From Minisyncoccota bacterium (lineage in GTDB: Bacteria; Patescibacteriota; Minisyncoccia; Phycocordibacterales; JABMNX01): a DNA stretch of 64,000 bases. The DNA is taken from the NCBI GenBank assembly GCA_026195275.1, contig JAPHQU010000002.1, forward strand, positions 69,964 to 133,963, in the 5' to 3' direction. Each line of letters opens with the position of its first letter. Position 1 is the stretch's first letter. A program made the position numbers and the translations under genes. The notes below the pieces were generated by a model that saw nothing but the letters and a program-made list of their open reading frames with translations, did no database searches and was not told the DNA's origin. Of this stretch, positions 46,274-56,619 are shown in pieces.

Positions 46274-47443
46274 TCAATTAGAGCGGGTCAGGATTGGTTG
46301 ATCAATGTCTATCGCAGGTACTATGCCGTAGCTTGAAAGAGCGCCCTGTAAGTAGTGAAAAAACTCTGGACTAGGTGGAGGAAACTTTGGGTGCTGAATT
46401 ATTTTGCCGCACACTTCTCCGTGTTCTGCTTCGTGCTCAGTTTGATAATGGTAGGAGTAGTTGGTGAAGAATACAGCGTTCAAAGGGTATTCCTCTGGTG
46501 GTAGGTCTTTCAGTTTCCGATCAACGATAGATTTTACGTCCTTGATCCATTGTTTGTCGTCCGCGGGAACATCTGGGGTCGGAGGAGTGTTTACGTCAAT
46601 GAATACTGCGAATGGCACGTCCTTCGGATTTTGTTCAAGTGCCTCCTTGAACAATCGTTTTATTACGCGAGCAGAGTACAGTTTTTCTAAAGGTTGCAAT
46701 AAGCCAGTTTCGTGGAGTACACCACTTCTTTTCTTGCTCTTTGCTTCAACGGCGAGTACGGCTTTGGTTTCTCTATGTGTAGCGATAAACTCACAGTGCT
46801 TATTCTTGCTATTTTCGTCAGTGAACTCAATATCACAATCTAGTCGTGCAAATATTGCCGCGATTGCAATCTCGTACCGTGCACCTTGATAGTGTTCGCG
46901 TGTCTTTAGGCGATCCAGTAGTGAAGGTGGCAAGTTGCGCGTATGTATCAAGCTACACACATCAAAGGCGAGAAGTAACAAACTTTTTGAGTATCCGTCT
47001 GGCTTTGCTCCCCACACTTCGTCGCTGACACGTTCCGCTACCTTTTCGTTGCGCTCAATCCATTCACCAAGCTTCTCCAGACACAAAGATATAAAGTGTC
47101 GTTCCTCTTGAGGTAGTTCTGTTTGTGCACGGAACCAGTCAAGCCCGATTGTTTCTTTGAGTATTTGGATAATGAAGCTATGGAATGTCGTGTTGGTGGG
47201 AATATCTGCATATACTTTATTCCCAAGAGCAAACACTTTTTTACCTTTGAACACGATCGGCTTTACATAGTTGATGTGTATCCCTGCTTGCTTCAGGTAC
47301 TCTTGTCTGGCTACTACTTCTCTAAAGTGTTCAATAACTTCTGGCGGAATATCATTGCTTTGGTCTTTGTTCATACAGCATCTTTTATATTTTTTTCCAC
47401 TTCTACAGGGACAAGGTTGGTTTCTTCCAGTACGAGCATTCAT
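46274..47443 (-). CDS. SEC-C motif protein with possible PD-(D/E)XK-like nuclease core
   Basis: N-terminal PCPCRSGKKYKRCC is a SEC-C metal-binding motif. Downstream, DCDIEF...LAVEAKSKK resembles the D...(D/E)xK nuclease motifs (tentative). Confidence 0.55.
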   Translation of the reverse strand: MNARTGRNQPCPCRSGKKYKRCCMNKDQSNDIPPEVIEHFREVVARQEYLKQAGIHINYVKPIVFKGKKVFALGNKVYADIPTNTTFHSFIIQILKETIGLDWFRAQTELPQEERHFISLCLEKLGEWIERNEKVAERVSDEVWGAKPDGYSKSLLLLAFDVCSLIHTRNLPPSLLDRLKTREHYQGARYEIAIAAIFARLDCDIEFTDENSKNKHCEFIATHRETKAVLAVEAKSKKRSGVLHETGLLQPLEKLYSARVIKRLFKEALEQNPKDVPFAVFIDVNTPPTPDVPADDKQWIKDVKSIVDRKLKDLPPEEYPLNAVFFTNYSYHYQTEHEAEHGEVCGKIIQHPKFPPPSPEFFHYLQGALSSYGIVPAIDIDQPILTRSN

Positions 47444-47800
47444 AAGAGTATTTTATAACTTTTGAGTACTCAGCGCTCTTTATTGGTTTCAGAGAAAGAG
47501 GTATACTTGATTTACAACTGAATATTGAGCCCGTGAGGGCTAGCACCTAACCCTGTCGCTTCGGCGCAGGTATGGTGGGTTTCATAAACGCGGGAGTACA
47601 GATTGCACTCTTGAGAGAAGGTGTGATTGATGTGCCAGAATATCTCTCCTCGTGGCTTGAAGGAGACGAGCGCACCATAACAAAAGAAAAAATGGGACTG
47701 CTGGTGCGATAAGCAACATTCCATTGCGGGCAAATGGTCGCATATGGTCGCAAAATTGACACAGAGAGCGCACCAGTAGCATTTTCGCTATACTTTAGGT

Positions 47801-48280
47801 ATGGATACCTTTTCGTTATCAAACATACGAACTGCCCGTCAAAGCCAAGCCATTCAGTTTTGGATTGATGGAGGACGTAAGAGTAAGGCGGAGGCGCTTC
47901 GTAAAGCAGGATATAGCGAGGCGGTTGTTCGGCACCCCGAGCGTGTCTTTGGAAGTCCGAGCGTTCAACAAGAACTAGAACTGCGCGGGCTCGGCAGAGA
48001 CGGGTTCGGTATTCCTAAACCAATGCCAGCGGAAATATTGGTTGAGGAGGACATACTGCCCACGTCTCCTGTCTACTCGTTCAACCCGCAGGAGATACCA
48101 ACCGAACAATTGCAAGAACTCAAAGAAAAACTGCGTGCCATTGGTTATGAGCCAACCTCACCTCGTGCGACTACTGAACCAATACGCGCAACTCCAATGA
48201 CTTTGCGCAACAATCTTGGGTGTGCTGATGTGTTGGAAGTTTCTGCGGAAAAATCGTTTCCAAATATGTCGTCTATGTGA
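47801..48280 (+). CDS. HTH protein resembling phage terminase small subunit N-terminal DNA-binding domain
   Basis: QAIQFWIDGGRKSKAEALRKAGYSE resembles the terminase_2-type HTH (AGYSE...). The remainder is Pro/Glu-rich. Confidence 0.4.
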   Translation: MDTFSLSNIRTARQSQAIQFWIDGGRKSKAEALRKAGYSEAVVRHPERVFGSPSVQQELELRGLGRDGFGIPKPMPAEILVEEDILPTSPVYSFNPQEIPTEQLQELKEKLRAIGYEPTSPRATTEPIRATPMTLRNNLGCADVLEVSAEKSFPNMSSM

Positions 48281-48344
48281 GCCATTTTTTCTAGCCGCTA
48301 GGGCTGAAATGTGGTAAAATAAAGCCAACATATGCCTCAACGCT

Positions 48345-49910
48345 ATGAAAAAAGCCACAAAATCAACCAAAAAGAAAACAGAAAGTGCTGGACGATTTGA
48401 GGCACAACTTTTCAAAGCGGCAGACAAACTCCGAAAGAACATAGACGCGGCTGAGTACAAACACGTTGTACTCGGTCTTATTTTTCTGAAGTTCATATCA
48501 GACGCATTTGATGTGCACTACCAGAAACTTGCCTCGGGTAAGGGTGAATATGAGGGTGCCAACCCAGAGGATCAAGACGAATACAAAGCAGAAAACGTAT
48601 TTTGGGTACCGCCAGAAGCGCGGTGGGCACACCTTCATTCACGCGCAAAGTTGCCGAGTATCGGTAAGGATTTGGACGCGGCAATGGAGGCGATTGAGCG
48701 AGCCAACCCGACACTCAAGGGTATCCTCCCGAAAGAGTACGCAAAACCAAACTTGGACAAGGTAGCACTCGGTGGTTTGGTAGACCTTATTGCAGACGTT
48801 GCACTCGGCGAGGAAAGCGAAAAATCAAAAGACCTTATTGGACGTGTGTATGAGTACTTTCTCGGCGAGTTCGCTTCGCTTGAAGGCAAGAAGGGCGGGC
48901 AATTCTACACTCCTAGAAGCATTGTTGAACTTATGGTGCAAATGATAGAGCCAATGACGGGACGTGTGTACGACCCTGCGTGTGGTTCGGGTGGAATGTT
49001 TGTGATGAGCGAGAAGTTTGTGCTCGCACATCGCGGGCGTTTGGAAGACATTTCTATTTACGGACAAGAGAGCAACCACACCACCTACCGCCTTTGCCGT
49101 ATGAACCTCGCGCTTCGCGGAATAGATGGCTCGCAAGTGAAATGGAATAGCGAAGGGTCATTTCTCAAAGACGCACACCCTGACCTCAAAGCGGATTACA
49201 TTTTGGCAAATCCGCCTTTCAACCAAAACGACTGGGGCTGGGACATTCTCAGAAACGACGCTCGTTGGAAGTACGGTTTGCCGCCAGAAGGCAACGCAAA
49301 CTATGCGTGGCTTCAACATATGATCCACCACCTTTCTCCAAAAGGTGTAATGGCAACGGTACTTTCAAATGGTTCGCTTTCCTCCAACCAAGGTGGCGAA
49401 GGAGAACTGCGAAAGAAACTTGTGGAGGAGGATATGGTGGACTGTATCGTTGCGCTTCCAAACCAACTTTTCTACAACACAGGCATTCCTGCTTGTTTGT
49501 GGTTTATCTCACGTAAGCGCATTGGCAACGGCGACAGGAAACGCACAGGAGAAGTGCTATTTATAGACGCGTCGCAAATGGGGGCGCTGGTAGACCGAAC
49601 GCACAGAGAGTTTACCGAGGAGGACATCAAAAAGATTGCGGGCACGTATCACGAGTGGCGACAGAAAAACAACAAGTACAAGGACATCAAGGGCTTCTGC
49701 AAATCATCATCACTCGCGGAGATACAAAAGAACGGCTACGTGCTCACGGCAGGGCGCTATGTGGGTATTGCAGATGGCGCGAAAGACAGCGAGCCGTTTG
49801 AGGAGAAAATGACGCGGCTCACCAGTACCCTCAAGGAGCAAATGGAGCAGGAGCAGACCTTGAACGAGGAAATAAAGAAGCAACTGAAAAAAGTTGGATT
49901 TGAACTATGA
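48345..49910 (+). CDS. hsdM: Type I restriction-modification system methyltransferase subunit
   Basis: N-terminal LFKAADKLRKNIDAAEYKHVVLGLIFLKFISD, motif I DPACGSGGM and motif IV NPPFN. Confidence 0.92.
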   Translation: MKKATKSTKKKTESAGRFEAQLFKAADKLRKNIDAAEYKHVVLGLIFLKFISDAFDVHYQKLASGKGEYEGANPEDQDEYKAENVFWVPPEARWAHLHSRAKLPSIGKDLDAAMEAIERANPTLKGILPKEYAKPNLDKVALGGLVDLIADVALGEESEKSKDLIGRVYEYFLGEFASLEGKKGGQFYTPRSIVELMVQMIEPMTGRVYDPACGSGGMFVMSEKFVLAHRGRLEDISIYGQESNHTTYRLCRMNLALRGIDGSQVKWNSEGSFLKDAHPDLKADYILANPPFNQNDWGWDILRNDARWKYGLPPEGNANYAWLQHMIHHLSPKGVMATVLSNGSLSSNQGGEGELRKKLVEEDMVDCIVALPNQLFYNTGIPACLWFISRKRIGNGDRKRTGEVLFIDASQMGALVDRTHREFTEEDIKKIAGTYHEWRQKNNKYKDIKGFCKSSSLAEIQKNGYVLTAGRYVGIADGAKDSEPFEEKMTRLTSTLKEQMEQEQTLNEEIKKQLKKVGFEL

Positions 49911-50938
49911 GCGAAAAAATAACAACAGAAAATGTATTTGAGGTAGATGTTCCAGCATTGGCACTGGACAGCCGCTTTGGCAGTTTGGTATTTGAAAACG
50001 CCAACAAAAAACTCGGTAAGGCGCAAGCGTTTCTGAAAGAAGTGTACGATCTTGGCTATCAAGAACTTCTCAACGAAAGTGGTATAAATCAGGTTGGAAA
50101 TCTAACCAACAAACTGACGGAGCATTTGGAATGGCTTCGCAACTTTGATATTGGTACAGTTGCAAACGCAAAGCAGGAGCACGACAACTTTGAAAGTCGT
50201 ATTGACGGCTTCTATAACGATATTTACGAGCAGATACTGATGAGAACGCTCCCGTTCCTCCGAGAGGAGCGCCGTCGCGAAAACCCTGACCAAAAACAGT
50301 TGGATGAGGAGGTAAAGAAAGCAGTACAGGTACGCACTGAGCTTGAGGATGAACTAAAAGCAATACGCGAGGAAACTCAAAAAATCCGCACTGCAAATAA
50401 ACAAGTTGGTTCCGCTAAGGGTCAGAGGGCGGCAGTACAAATGGCGGCACACTTTGATGATGAAGTAGAACGCTATGCAACTCTCTCAAAGTATTGGCTT
50501 TGGGGCGTTGTAGGCGGATATGTCGCTATTGTTGCAGTTCTTGTTTGGCTCGGGTTTGTTACCGCCTCATATGTACATCAAATCGTCTCTTTGCCCGACA
50601 CCGTGGACACGAGTGGTATCTGGAGCGCTGTGATCTCAAAACTCGTTATCTTGGCGGCGCTATGGTATGGCTTATCGTTCGTTATCAAAAACTACAACGT
50701 GAACTCTCATTTGGCGGCAGTAAACCGACACCGCGCCGCAGTGGCACGAACTCTGGAGGACTTCATAGCGGTAGAACAACAGCAGGAAAATCCGCGCTTG
50801 TCGGAAGTGCTACAGCACGCTTCCGAAGCAATGTTCAAGAATGTGCCGATTGGTTTCGTCTCTAAGACAGAACGCGAACAAAGCAATCCCGTGCTTCAGA
50901 TAGTGAATGACCTGATCGGGATAAAGAACAACACATAG
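49907..50938 (+). CDS. Embedded gene X1: coiled-coil N-terminal domain plus 2-TM membrane protein, function unknown
   Basis: 343 aa. The start overlaps the hsdM stop (ATGA). TM helices are WLWGVVGGYVAIVAVLVWLGFV and SAVISKLVILAALWYGLSFVI. No motif recognised. Confidence 0.6.
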   Translation: MSEKITTENVFEVDVPALALDSRFGSLVFENANKKLGKAQAFLKEVYDLGYQELLNESGINQVGNLTNKLTEHLEWLRNFDIGTVANAKQEHDNFESRIDGFYNDIYEQILMRTLPFLREERRRENPDQKQLDEEVKKAVQVRTELEDELKAIREETQKIRTANKQVGSAKGQRAAVQMAAHFDDEVERYATLSKYWLWGVVGGYVAIVAVLVWLGFVTASYVHQIVSLPDTVDTSGIWSAVISKLVILAALWYGLSFVIKNYNVNSHLAAVNRHRAAVARTLEDFIAVEQQQENPRLSEVLQHASEAMFKNVPIGFVSKTEREQSNPVLQIVNDLIGIKNNT

Positions 50939-50941
50939 TAT

Positions 50942-51535
50942 ATGGAAATCGTTTATATTCTCACCAACCAAGCAATGCCCGACTACGTGAAGGTTGGGCG
51001 CACCAAAGACCTCCAGCAAAGGTTGAAAAGTTTGTATCGCACACCCGTGCCACTTCCTTTTGAGGTGTTCTATGCGTGCACTGTTGAGAACTCTATGGAA
51101 GTAGAGGCGTGGCTGTTTGAGATTTTTGACGATAGGCGGGTGAGCAAAGAGCGAGAGTTTTTTGAGATAGCGCCAGAGCGCGTTGCCGCGGCATTGCGTG
51201 CACGAGCGGTGCAGGAGGTAACCCCGAAGCAGACGTACACAGAGAACAAAGAGGACGAGGTGGCACTGGAAAAGGCACGCTCAAAACGCGACAAGTTCAA
51301 CTTCGCAATGGTGGGTATTCCTGCTGGTGCTGAACTTACCTTCAGTAGAGACGAGAATATAAGGGCGCGGGTAGTAGACAACCACAACATTGAATACAAC
51401 GGCAAGGTAACGAGTTTGTCTACCTCGGCACAGGAAATACTTGGCTACAACTATGGAGTGGCGGGCACGTTGTATTGGTCGTATGAAGGCGAAACTCTCC
51501 ACGCGCGGCGCGTGCGAATGGAGGAAGGAGAATGA
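50942..51535 (+). CDS. Embedded gene X2: T5orf172 (GIY-YIG-like) + DUF4357-like domain protein
   Basis: N-terminus IVYILTNQAMPDYVKVGRT...REFFE is T5orf172-like. The C-terminal part KFNFAMVGIPAGAELTF...SLSTSAQEILGY...WSYEG is DUF4357-like. This family is commonly found inside type I R-M loci. Confidence 0.65.
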   Translation: MEIVYILTNQAMPDYVKVGRTKDLQQRLKSLYRTPVPLPFEVFYACTVENSMEVEAWLFEIFDDRRVSKEREFFEIAPERVAAALRARAVQEVTPKQTYTENKEDEVALEKARSKRDKFNFAMVGIPAGAELTFSRDENIRARVVDNHNIEYNGKVTSLSTSAQEILGYNYGVAGTLYWSYEGETLHARRVRMEEGE

Positions 51536-52797
51536 ATATGAGCACGACGACACAATGGAAAAAAGGATTTTTATACGAGATCGCGACGGTAGTCGGGGGC
51601 TATGCATTCCGAGGTGAGGATTTTGGAAGTGAAGGAACTGCCGTCATAAAAATAAAAGACATTCAGCCGCCGTATGTTGATATTCAAAATGCCGAAAGGA
51701 TAGATCAACAGAAGTACAATCAACAAAAGATTGAGAAGTTCAAACTTTCAAAGGGAGATTGTTTAGTCGCTATGACTGGAGCGACGATAGGAAAGGTTGG
51801 AAAGATTTCGTATGACGAGGTTTCTTATCTGAACCAACGAGTAGCAAAGGTGGCGGAAAAGAGAGGTGTGGCGGATAAGAACTTTGTTTACTACGCGGTT
51901 TTAGGTAGTGATTTCCAGCGATACGTGAACACAACCTCATCTGGTAGCAGTGCTCAGCAAAACATTAGCGCCGATGATATAGGGCGTTTTCCTATTGTTT
52001 ATCCCATAGACATAAAAGATCAATGTACAATCGCGCAAGTTCTCATCAGTTTAGACAAAAAGATTGAGTTGCTACGGAAGCAAAACGAGACGCTGGAGGA
52101 AATGGCGAGGGCGATTTTCAACGCGTGGTTTGTGGAGTTCAACTTTCCAGATAAGGACGGTAAGCCATACAAAGCGTCTGGCGGGAAAATGGTAGACAGT
52201 GAATTTGGCGAAATCCCAGAGGAATGGCGCGTCGGTACTCTTGCCGAACTTATAGATCAGTTGAGTGAACGCATTGGCTCTGATGAGCAGTCAAAGTACA
52301 CGGTTATGTCTGCAGTAAACACAGGGCAACTCGTGCCTTCAAGTGAGTATTTTACTAAACAGGTTTTTAGTAAGAGCATTTCAAAATACATCAAAATCCA
52401 CCAAGGAGATTTTGCATACAATCCAGCACGTATCAACATCGGTTCTATTGGGAGATTGCGAGAACTTATCTTGGGAGCTGTTAGTCCTGTATATGTCGCG
52501 TTTCGCGCAAAAGAAGGCGCGGGAGCGTTTGTTGATTTCTTGATCCAGACGGCAAAAATGAAAAAACATATTGAACTCTATGCTAACGGGTCAGTGCGGC
52601 AAACACTTGACTATGACGGTTTCGGAGCATTTTCTTTTGCAGTTCCAACGGAAAATATCCTGAAAGAGTTTGACAAGATCACTGCTTCTCTACGGAATAT
52701 TTTTGAACGGAAGGAAGCCCAGATTGAGAACCTGCGAACTGTTCGGGATTTACTACTGCCAAAACTAATGAGCGGAGAGGTTCGCGTAAATACGTAA
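51532..52797 (+). CDS. hsdS: Type I restriction-modification system specificity subunit
   Basis: Two target-recognition halves separated by the conserved central helix region LLRKQNETLEEMARAIFNAWFVEF. C-terminal LRTVRDLLLPKLMSGEV. Start overlaps the X2 stop. Confidence 0.85.
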   Translation: MNMSTTTQWKKGFLYEIATVVGGYAFRGEDFGSEGTAVIKIKDIQPPYVDIQNAERIDQQKYNQQKIEKFKLSKGDCLVAMTGATIGKVGKISYDEVSYLNQRVAKVAEKRGVADKNFVYYAVLGSDFQRYVNTTSSGSSAQQNISADDIGRFPIVYPIDIKDQCTIAQVLISLDKKIELLRKQNETLEEMARAIFNAWFVEFNFPDKDGKPYKASGGKMVDSEFGEIPEEWRVGTLAELIDQLSERIGSDEQSKYTVMSAVNTGQLVPSSEYFTKQVFSKSISKYIKIHQGDFAYNPARINIGSIGRLRELILGAVSPVYVAFRAKEGAGAFVDFLIQTAKMKKHIELYANGSVRQTLDYDGFGAFSFAVPTENILKEFDKITASLRNIFERKEAQIENLRTVRDLLLPKLMSGEVRVNT

Positions 52798-52801
52798 ACA
52801 T

Positions 52802-53458
52802 ATGGAAAGCACAGTAGAAAAAATCACCGATACAGTATCCGACGCATTCAGAAGCATAGCCGAGATTGCAAAGGAGCGAATATTTACGCCAATGTATTTC
52901 TACTTCCTTGGTGCGTGGCTCATTACCAACTGGAAGTTTGTGTACACATTCTTTTTTGCTGATGAAAAACTGATACTTGAACACACTGGAATGTTGAAAG
53001 TTGAGTATCTGACGCAAATCTATCCTCACGACTGGACGGCGGTATTTCCGTTATTTGTTATACCGTTCGGGCTCGCGTATTTGGCAGTTTGGTGGTTCTC
53101 TGTCGTTTCCGAGAGGTTTTATAAAAAACACGAGGAGCACCAAATGAATAAGCGTGTGATCAAGCGCGAAGTTGAGTACCGCGAGAAGGTGGCATATTTC
53201 AAATCAGAGCGTGAAGTACGCGAGCAACAACTTGATCCGCAGGTGAAGTATGAGGAGAACAGGGACTACAACGAGCAAATAGACGAGAGCAATCCAGAGG
53301 TGGAAGTGAATGGAGTGCCTATGTTGCCAAGCGAAGTTTTGTATAAAACGGATTACCTTGCATATAAAACAGGGCTAGACGAATATACAGCAGAACTCGC
53401 ACAGAAGGGCGAGGATTTGGCAGTTCAGGCAGAAATAGACCGCCGACGCGGAAAATGA
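52802..53458 (+). CDS. Embedded gene X3: 2-TM membrane protein with charged C-terminal tail, function unknown
   Basis: 218 aa. Helices are [22 protein letters not shown] and [22 protein letters not shown]. Its stop overlaps the hsdR start (ATGA). Confidence 0.55.
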   Translation: MESTVEKITDTVSDAFRSIAEIAKERIFTPMYFYFLGAWLITNWKFVYTFFFADEKLILEHTGMLKVEYLTQIYPHDWTAVFPLFVIPFGLAYLAVWWFSVVSERFYKKHEEHQMNKRVIKREVEYREKVAYFKSEREVREQQLDPQVKYEENRDYNEQIDESNPEVEVNGVPMLPSEVLYKTDYLAYKTGLDEYTAELAQKGEDLAVQAEIDRRRGK

Positions 53459-56400
53459 TTATGACCAAAATATACGAAAGCGATATAGAACTGTGGGTGA
53501 TAGAACTGCTGGAAAAGCAGGGTTATGTGTATCTATCTCCAGAGGAACAAGAAGCAGAGCGCCCCGATATGCGCGAGGTTGTTTTGCGTACGCGACTTAC
53601 AGAAGCGGTGGCGCGGCTCAACCCGCTAGTACCAAAGGACGCACAAGACGACGCGATACGGCAAGTAATAAACCTCTCGCCACAGCACTTGGTGGAAAGC
53701 AACGAGACATTCCAGAAAATGCTCACTGACGGAGTGAGCGTGGAGGTGGCGGGCGATCAGGGTGGCACACGTGGCGAAGTGGTGCACCTGATTGATTTTG
53801 CTAACCCAGAAAATAACGACTTGGTGGTAACCAATCAGTTCATTATTCCGTACGACCACACGAGTAAACGTCCAGACGTGGTGCTTTTAGTAAATGGACT
53901 ACCGCTTGCCGTGATTGAACTCAAAAATCCTGCGGACGAAAACGCGACGGTACACAAGGCGTTCACGCAACTCCAAAACTACAAAGACGCAGTGCCACAA
54001 CTCTTTACCTACAACGGCATTCTTGTTGCCTCTGACGGTTTGGATACTCGTGTCGGTTCACTCACGGCTCCGTGGGAGCGCTTTGTGGTGTGGCGTGCAC
54101 CTGAGGATAAAAAACACGGCGAGGATAAACGCCCGCAAATGGAAACGGTAGTTGAGGAAATGTTGAAACCCGCAGTGCTTCTGGATTTGATACGCAACTT
54201 CACGGTGTTTGAAAAGGTGAAAAAAGAGAACAAAGAGACAGGGCTGGTAGTGGTGGAAAGTGTAAAAAAGGTTGCGGCATACCACCAGTACTATGTGGTC
54301 AACAAGGCGATCAACTCAACGCTTCGCGCTACCGAGGAGCACGGAGAGCGCAAAATTGGTGTGGTGTGGCACACACAGGGATCGGGCAAATCCCTCTCTA
54401 TGGTGTTTTATACAGGCAAAGCGGTGCTTGCACTCAATAACCCGACGGTAGTGGTGATTACCGACCGCAACGATTTGGACGACCAGTTGTTTGATACATT
54501 TGCGGCGAGCCGCGGGCTTCTGCGCCAAGAGCCAGTACAGGCAGAAAGCCGAGCACATTTGAAAGAACTCTTACAGACCGCAGGAGGCGGGATTGTGTTT
54601 ACGACCATCCAAAAGTTTTTCCCCGAGGACGGCGGCGAGACATACGATCAACTGACCGACCGCAAAAACGTAGTGGTGATTGCAGACGAAGCGCACCGTA
54701 GCCAATACGGATTTGCCGCTCGTACGGTATTCAAAGATGACGAAGCGATTACCCGCTATGGCAACGCAAAATATTTGCGCGATGCACTTCCGAATGCCTC
54801 ATTCATTGGTTTTACGGGCACACCGATTGAAAGCACTGATCGCTCCACCCCTGCCGTGTTTGGTGAATACCTTGATGTGTACGACATTCAAGACGCAGTG
54901 CGCGATGGCGCTACTGTTCCTATCTACTACGAGAGCAGATTGGCAAAAGTACACCTGCCAGAGGAAAAAAGTGAGGAAATAGACGCAGACGTGGAAGCAG
55001 TGGCAGAAGGTTTGGAGTTCACCGCAAAGGAAAAAGCGAAGGCGAAGTGGGCGCAATTGGAAGCAATCATTGGCAACCAAGAACGCCTGAAAGAGATAGC
55101 GAAGGACTTGGTGGTGCACTTTGAAGCGCGACAGGAAGTGAACGTGGGCAAGGCAATGATTGTGGCGATGAGTAGACGCATTGCCGTTGATTTGTACCGC
55201 GAGATAGTGGCACTTCGCCCAGAGTGGTACAACGACGATTTGGAGAAAGGTGCAATCAAAGTTGTAATGACGGCGAACTCGTCAGACCCGAAGGAGTTTC
55301 AGCCACACCACACGAATAAAGAAGCACGACGACGACTTGCCGATCGTTTCAAAGACGCGGGAAGCGACCTCAAACTAGTTGTGGTGTGCGATATGTGGCT
55401 CACAGGATTTGATGTGCCGTCTTTGCACACAATGTACATAGACAAACTTATGCGCGGACACAATCTTATGCAGGCGATTGCCCGCGTGAACCGCGTCTTT
55501 AGAGATAAGGAAGGAGGTCTTATCGTGGACTACATTGGTTTTGCCGCCGACCTCCAGAAAGCACTCGCCGTGTATACGGGAAGCGGTGGTACAGGAAGCC
55601 CGACCGTAACTCAAGACAAGGCGGTGGAGATAATGCTGGAGAAATACGAAGTCGTGAAGCAAATGTTCCACGGCTTTGACTACCACCGTTACTTCACGCT
55701 TGATACTCGTGGCAAACTCGGGCTTATTTTGGAAGCGCAGGAGCACGTCTTGGCGCAAGACAATAAAGTACCCGCAGAGGGCGAAAAGAAGTCCCAGAGC
55801 CCTTCAGAGCGCTTTATACACGAGGTTACAGCCCTCTCTAAGGTCTTTGCCATTGCGGTGCCACACGAGGAGGCACTGGCGATACGCGACGAAGTGGCAT
55901 TTTTCCAAACAATCAAAGCCCGCTTGATCAAGTTTGACCCAGACCCGACCAACTGCCGCGAGGATATAGAGACGGCAATACGACAGATTGTAGATAAGGC
56001 AGTGGTTACCGAAGGCGTAGTGGATATTTTCCAAGTCGCGGGTATTCCAAAGCCAGACATTTCCGTGCTCTCGGACGAGTTCCTTGCAGAGGTGCAGGGA
56101 ATGAAGCACCAGAATGTCGCAATGGAACTTATGAAGCGGCTCCTCAATGACGAAATACGCTCACGATTGCGAAAGAACCTCATACAAGGAAAGAAGTTCT
56201 CAGAAATGCTCGGTAAGACCATCACGAAGTATCAGAACAACCTCCTCACTGCCGCCGAAGTCATACAAGAACTCATTGCGCTTGCGAAAGAATTACGCGG
56301 TGCAGATGAACGCGGTGAGGATTTGGGACTTTCTGACGATGAACTCTCGTTCTATGACGCATTGGCAAACAACGAAAGTGCTCGTGATGTAATGAACGAC

Positions 56401-56613
56401 GAGACACTTCGCGATCTTGCGCGAGTGCTGGTAGACAGGGTACGGGCGAGTGCCACGGTGGACTGGACGATACGCGAGAACGTAAAAGCAAAGTTGCGCG
56501 TCTTGGTAAAACGTACGCTCGCCAAGTACGGCTATCCACCAGACAAGCAGGCAATCGCTACGGAAACCGTGCTCAAACAGGCGGAACTTTTCGCTGATGA
56601 TTGGGCGAAATAA
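53455..56613 (+). CDS. hsdR: Type I restriction enzyme endonuclease/helicase subunit
   Basis: N-terminal nuclease domain, SF2 motifs ([16 protein letters not shown]) and a length of 1052 aa. Confidence 0.92.
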   Translation: MIMTKIYESDIELWVIELLEKQGYVYLSPEEQEAERPDMREVVLRTRLTEAVARLNPLVPKDAQDDAIRQVINLSPQHLVESNETFQKMLTDGVSVEVAGDQGGTRGEVVHLIDFANPENNDLVVTNQFIIPYDHTSKRPDVVLLVNGLPLAVIELKNPADENATVHKAFTQLQNYKDAVPQLFTYNGILVASDGLDTRVGSLTAPWERFVVWRAPEDKKHGEDKRPQMETVVEEMLKPAVLLDLIRNFTVFEKVKKENKETGLVVVESVKKVAAYHQYYVVNKAINSTLRATEEHGERKIGVVWHTQGSGKSLSMVFYTGKAVLALNNPTVVVITDRNDLDDQLFDTFAASRGLLRQEPVQAESRAHLKELLQTAGGGIVFTTIQKFFPEDGGETYDQLTDRKNVVVIADEAHRSQYGFAARTVFKDDEAITRYGNAKYLRDALPNASFIGFTGTPIESTDRSTPAVFGEYLDVYDIQDAVRDGATVPIYYESRLAKVHLPEEKSEEIDADVEAVAEGLEFTAKEKAKAKWAQLEAIIGNQERLKEIAKDLVVHFEARQEVNVGKAMIVAMSRRIAVDLYREIVALRPEWYNDDLEKGAIKVVMTANSSDPKEFQPHHTNKEARRRLADRFKDAGSDLKLVVVCDMWLTGFDVPSLHTMYIDKLMRGHNLMQAIARVNRVFRDKEGGLIVDYIGFAADLQKALAVYTGSGGTGSPTVTQDKAVEIMLEKYEVVKQMFHGFDYHRYFTLDTRGKLGLILEAQEHVLAQDNKVPAEGEKKSQSPSERFIHEVTALSKVFAIAVPHEEALAIRDEVAFFQTIKARLIKFDPDPTNCREDIETAIRQIVDKAVVTEGVVDIFQVAGIPKPDISVLSDEFLAEVQGMKHQNVAMELMKRLLNDEIRSRLRKNLIQGKKFSEMLGKTITKYQNNLLTAAEVIQELIALAKELRGADERGEDLGLSDDELSFYDALANNESARDVMNDETLRDLARVLVDRVRASATVDWTIRENVKAKLRVLVKRTLAKYGYPPDKQAIATETVLKQAELFADDWAK

Positions 56614-56619
56614 AGTTTT

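Noticed and set aside
46023-46277. 84-aa - strand ORF in AT-rich intergenic DNA
   Set aside because: It lies in a low-complexity AT-rich spacer at the island boundary. It has an Ile/Tyr-rich composition typical of random AT-rich ORFs and no RBS.
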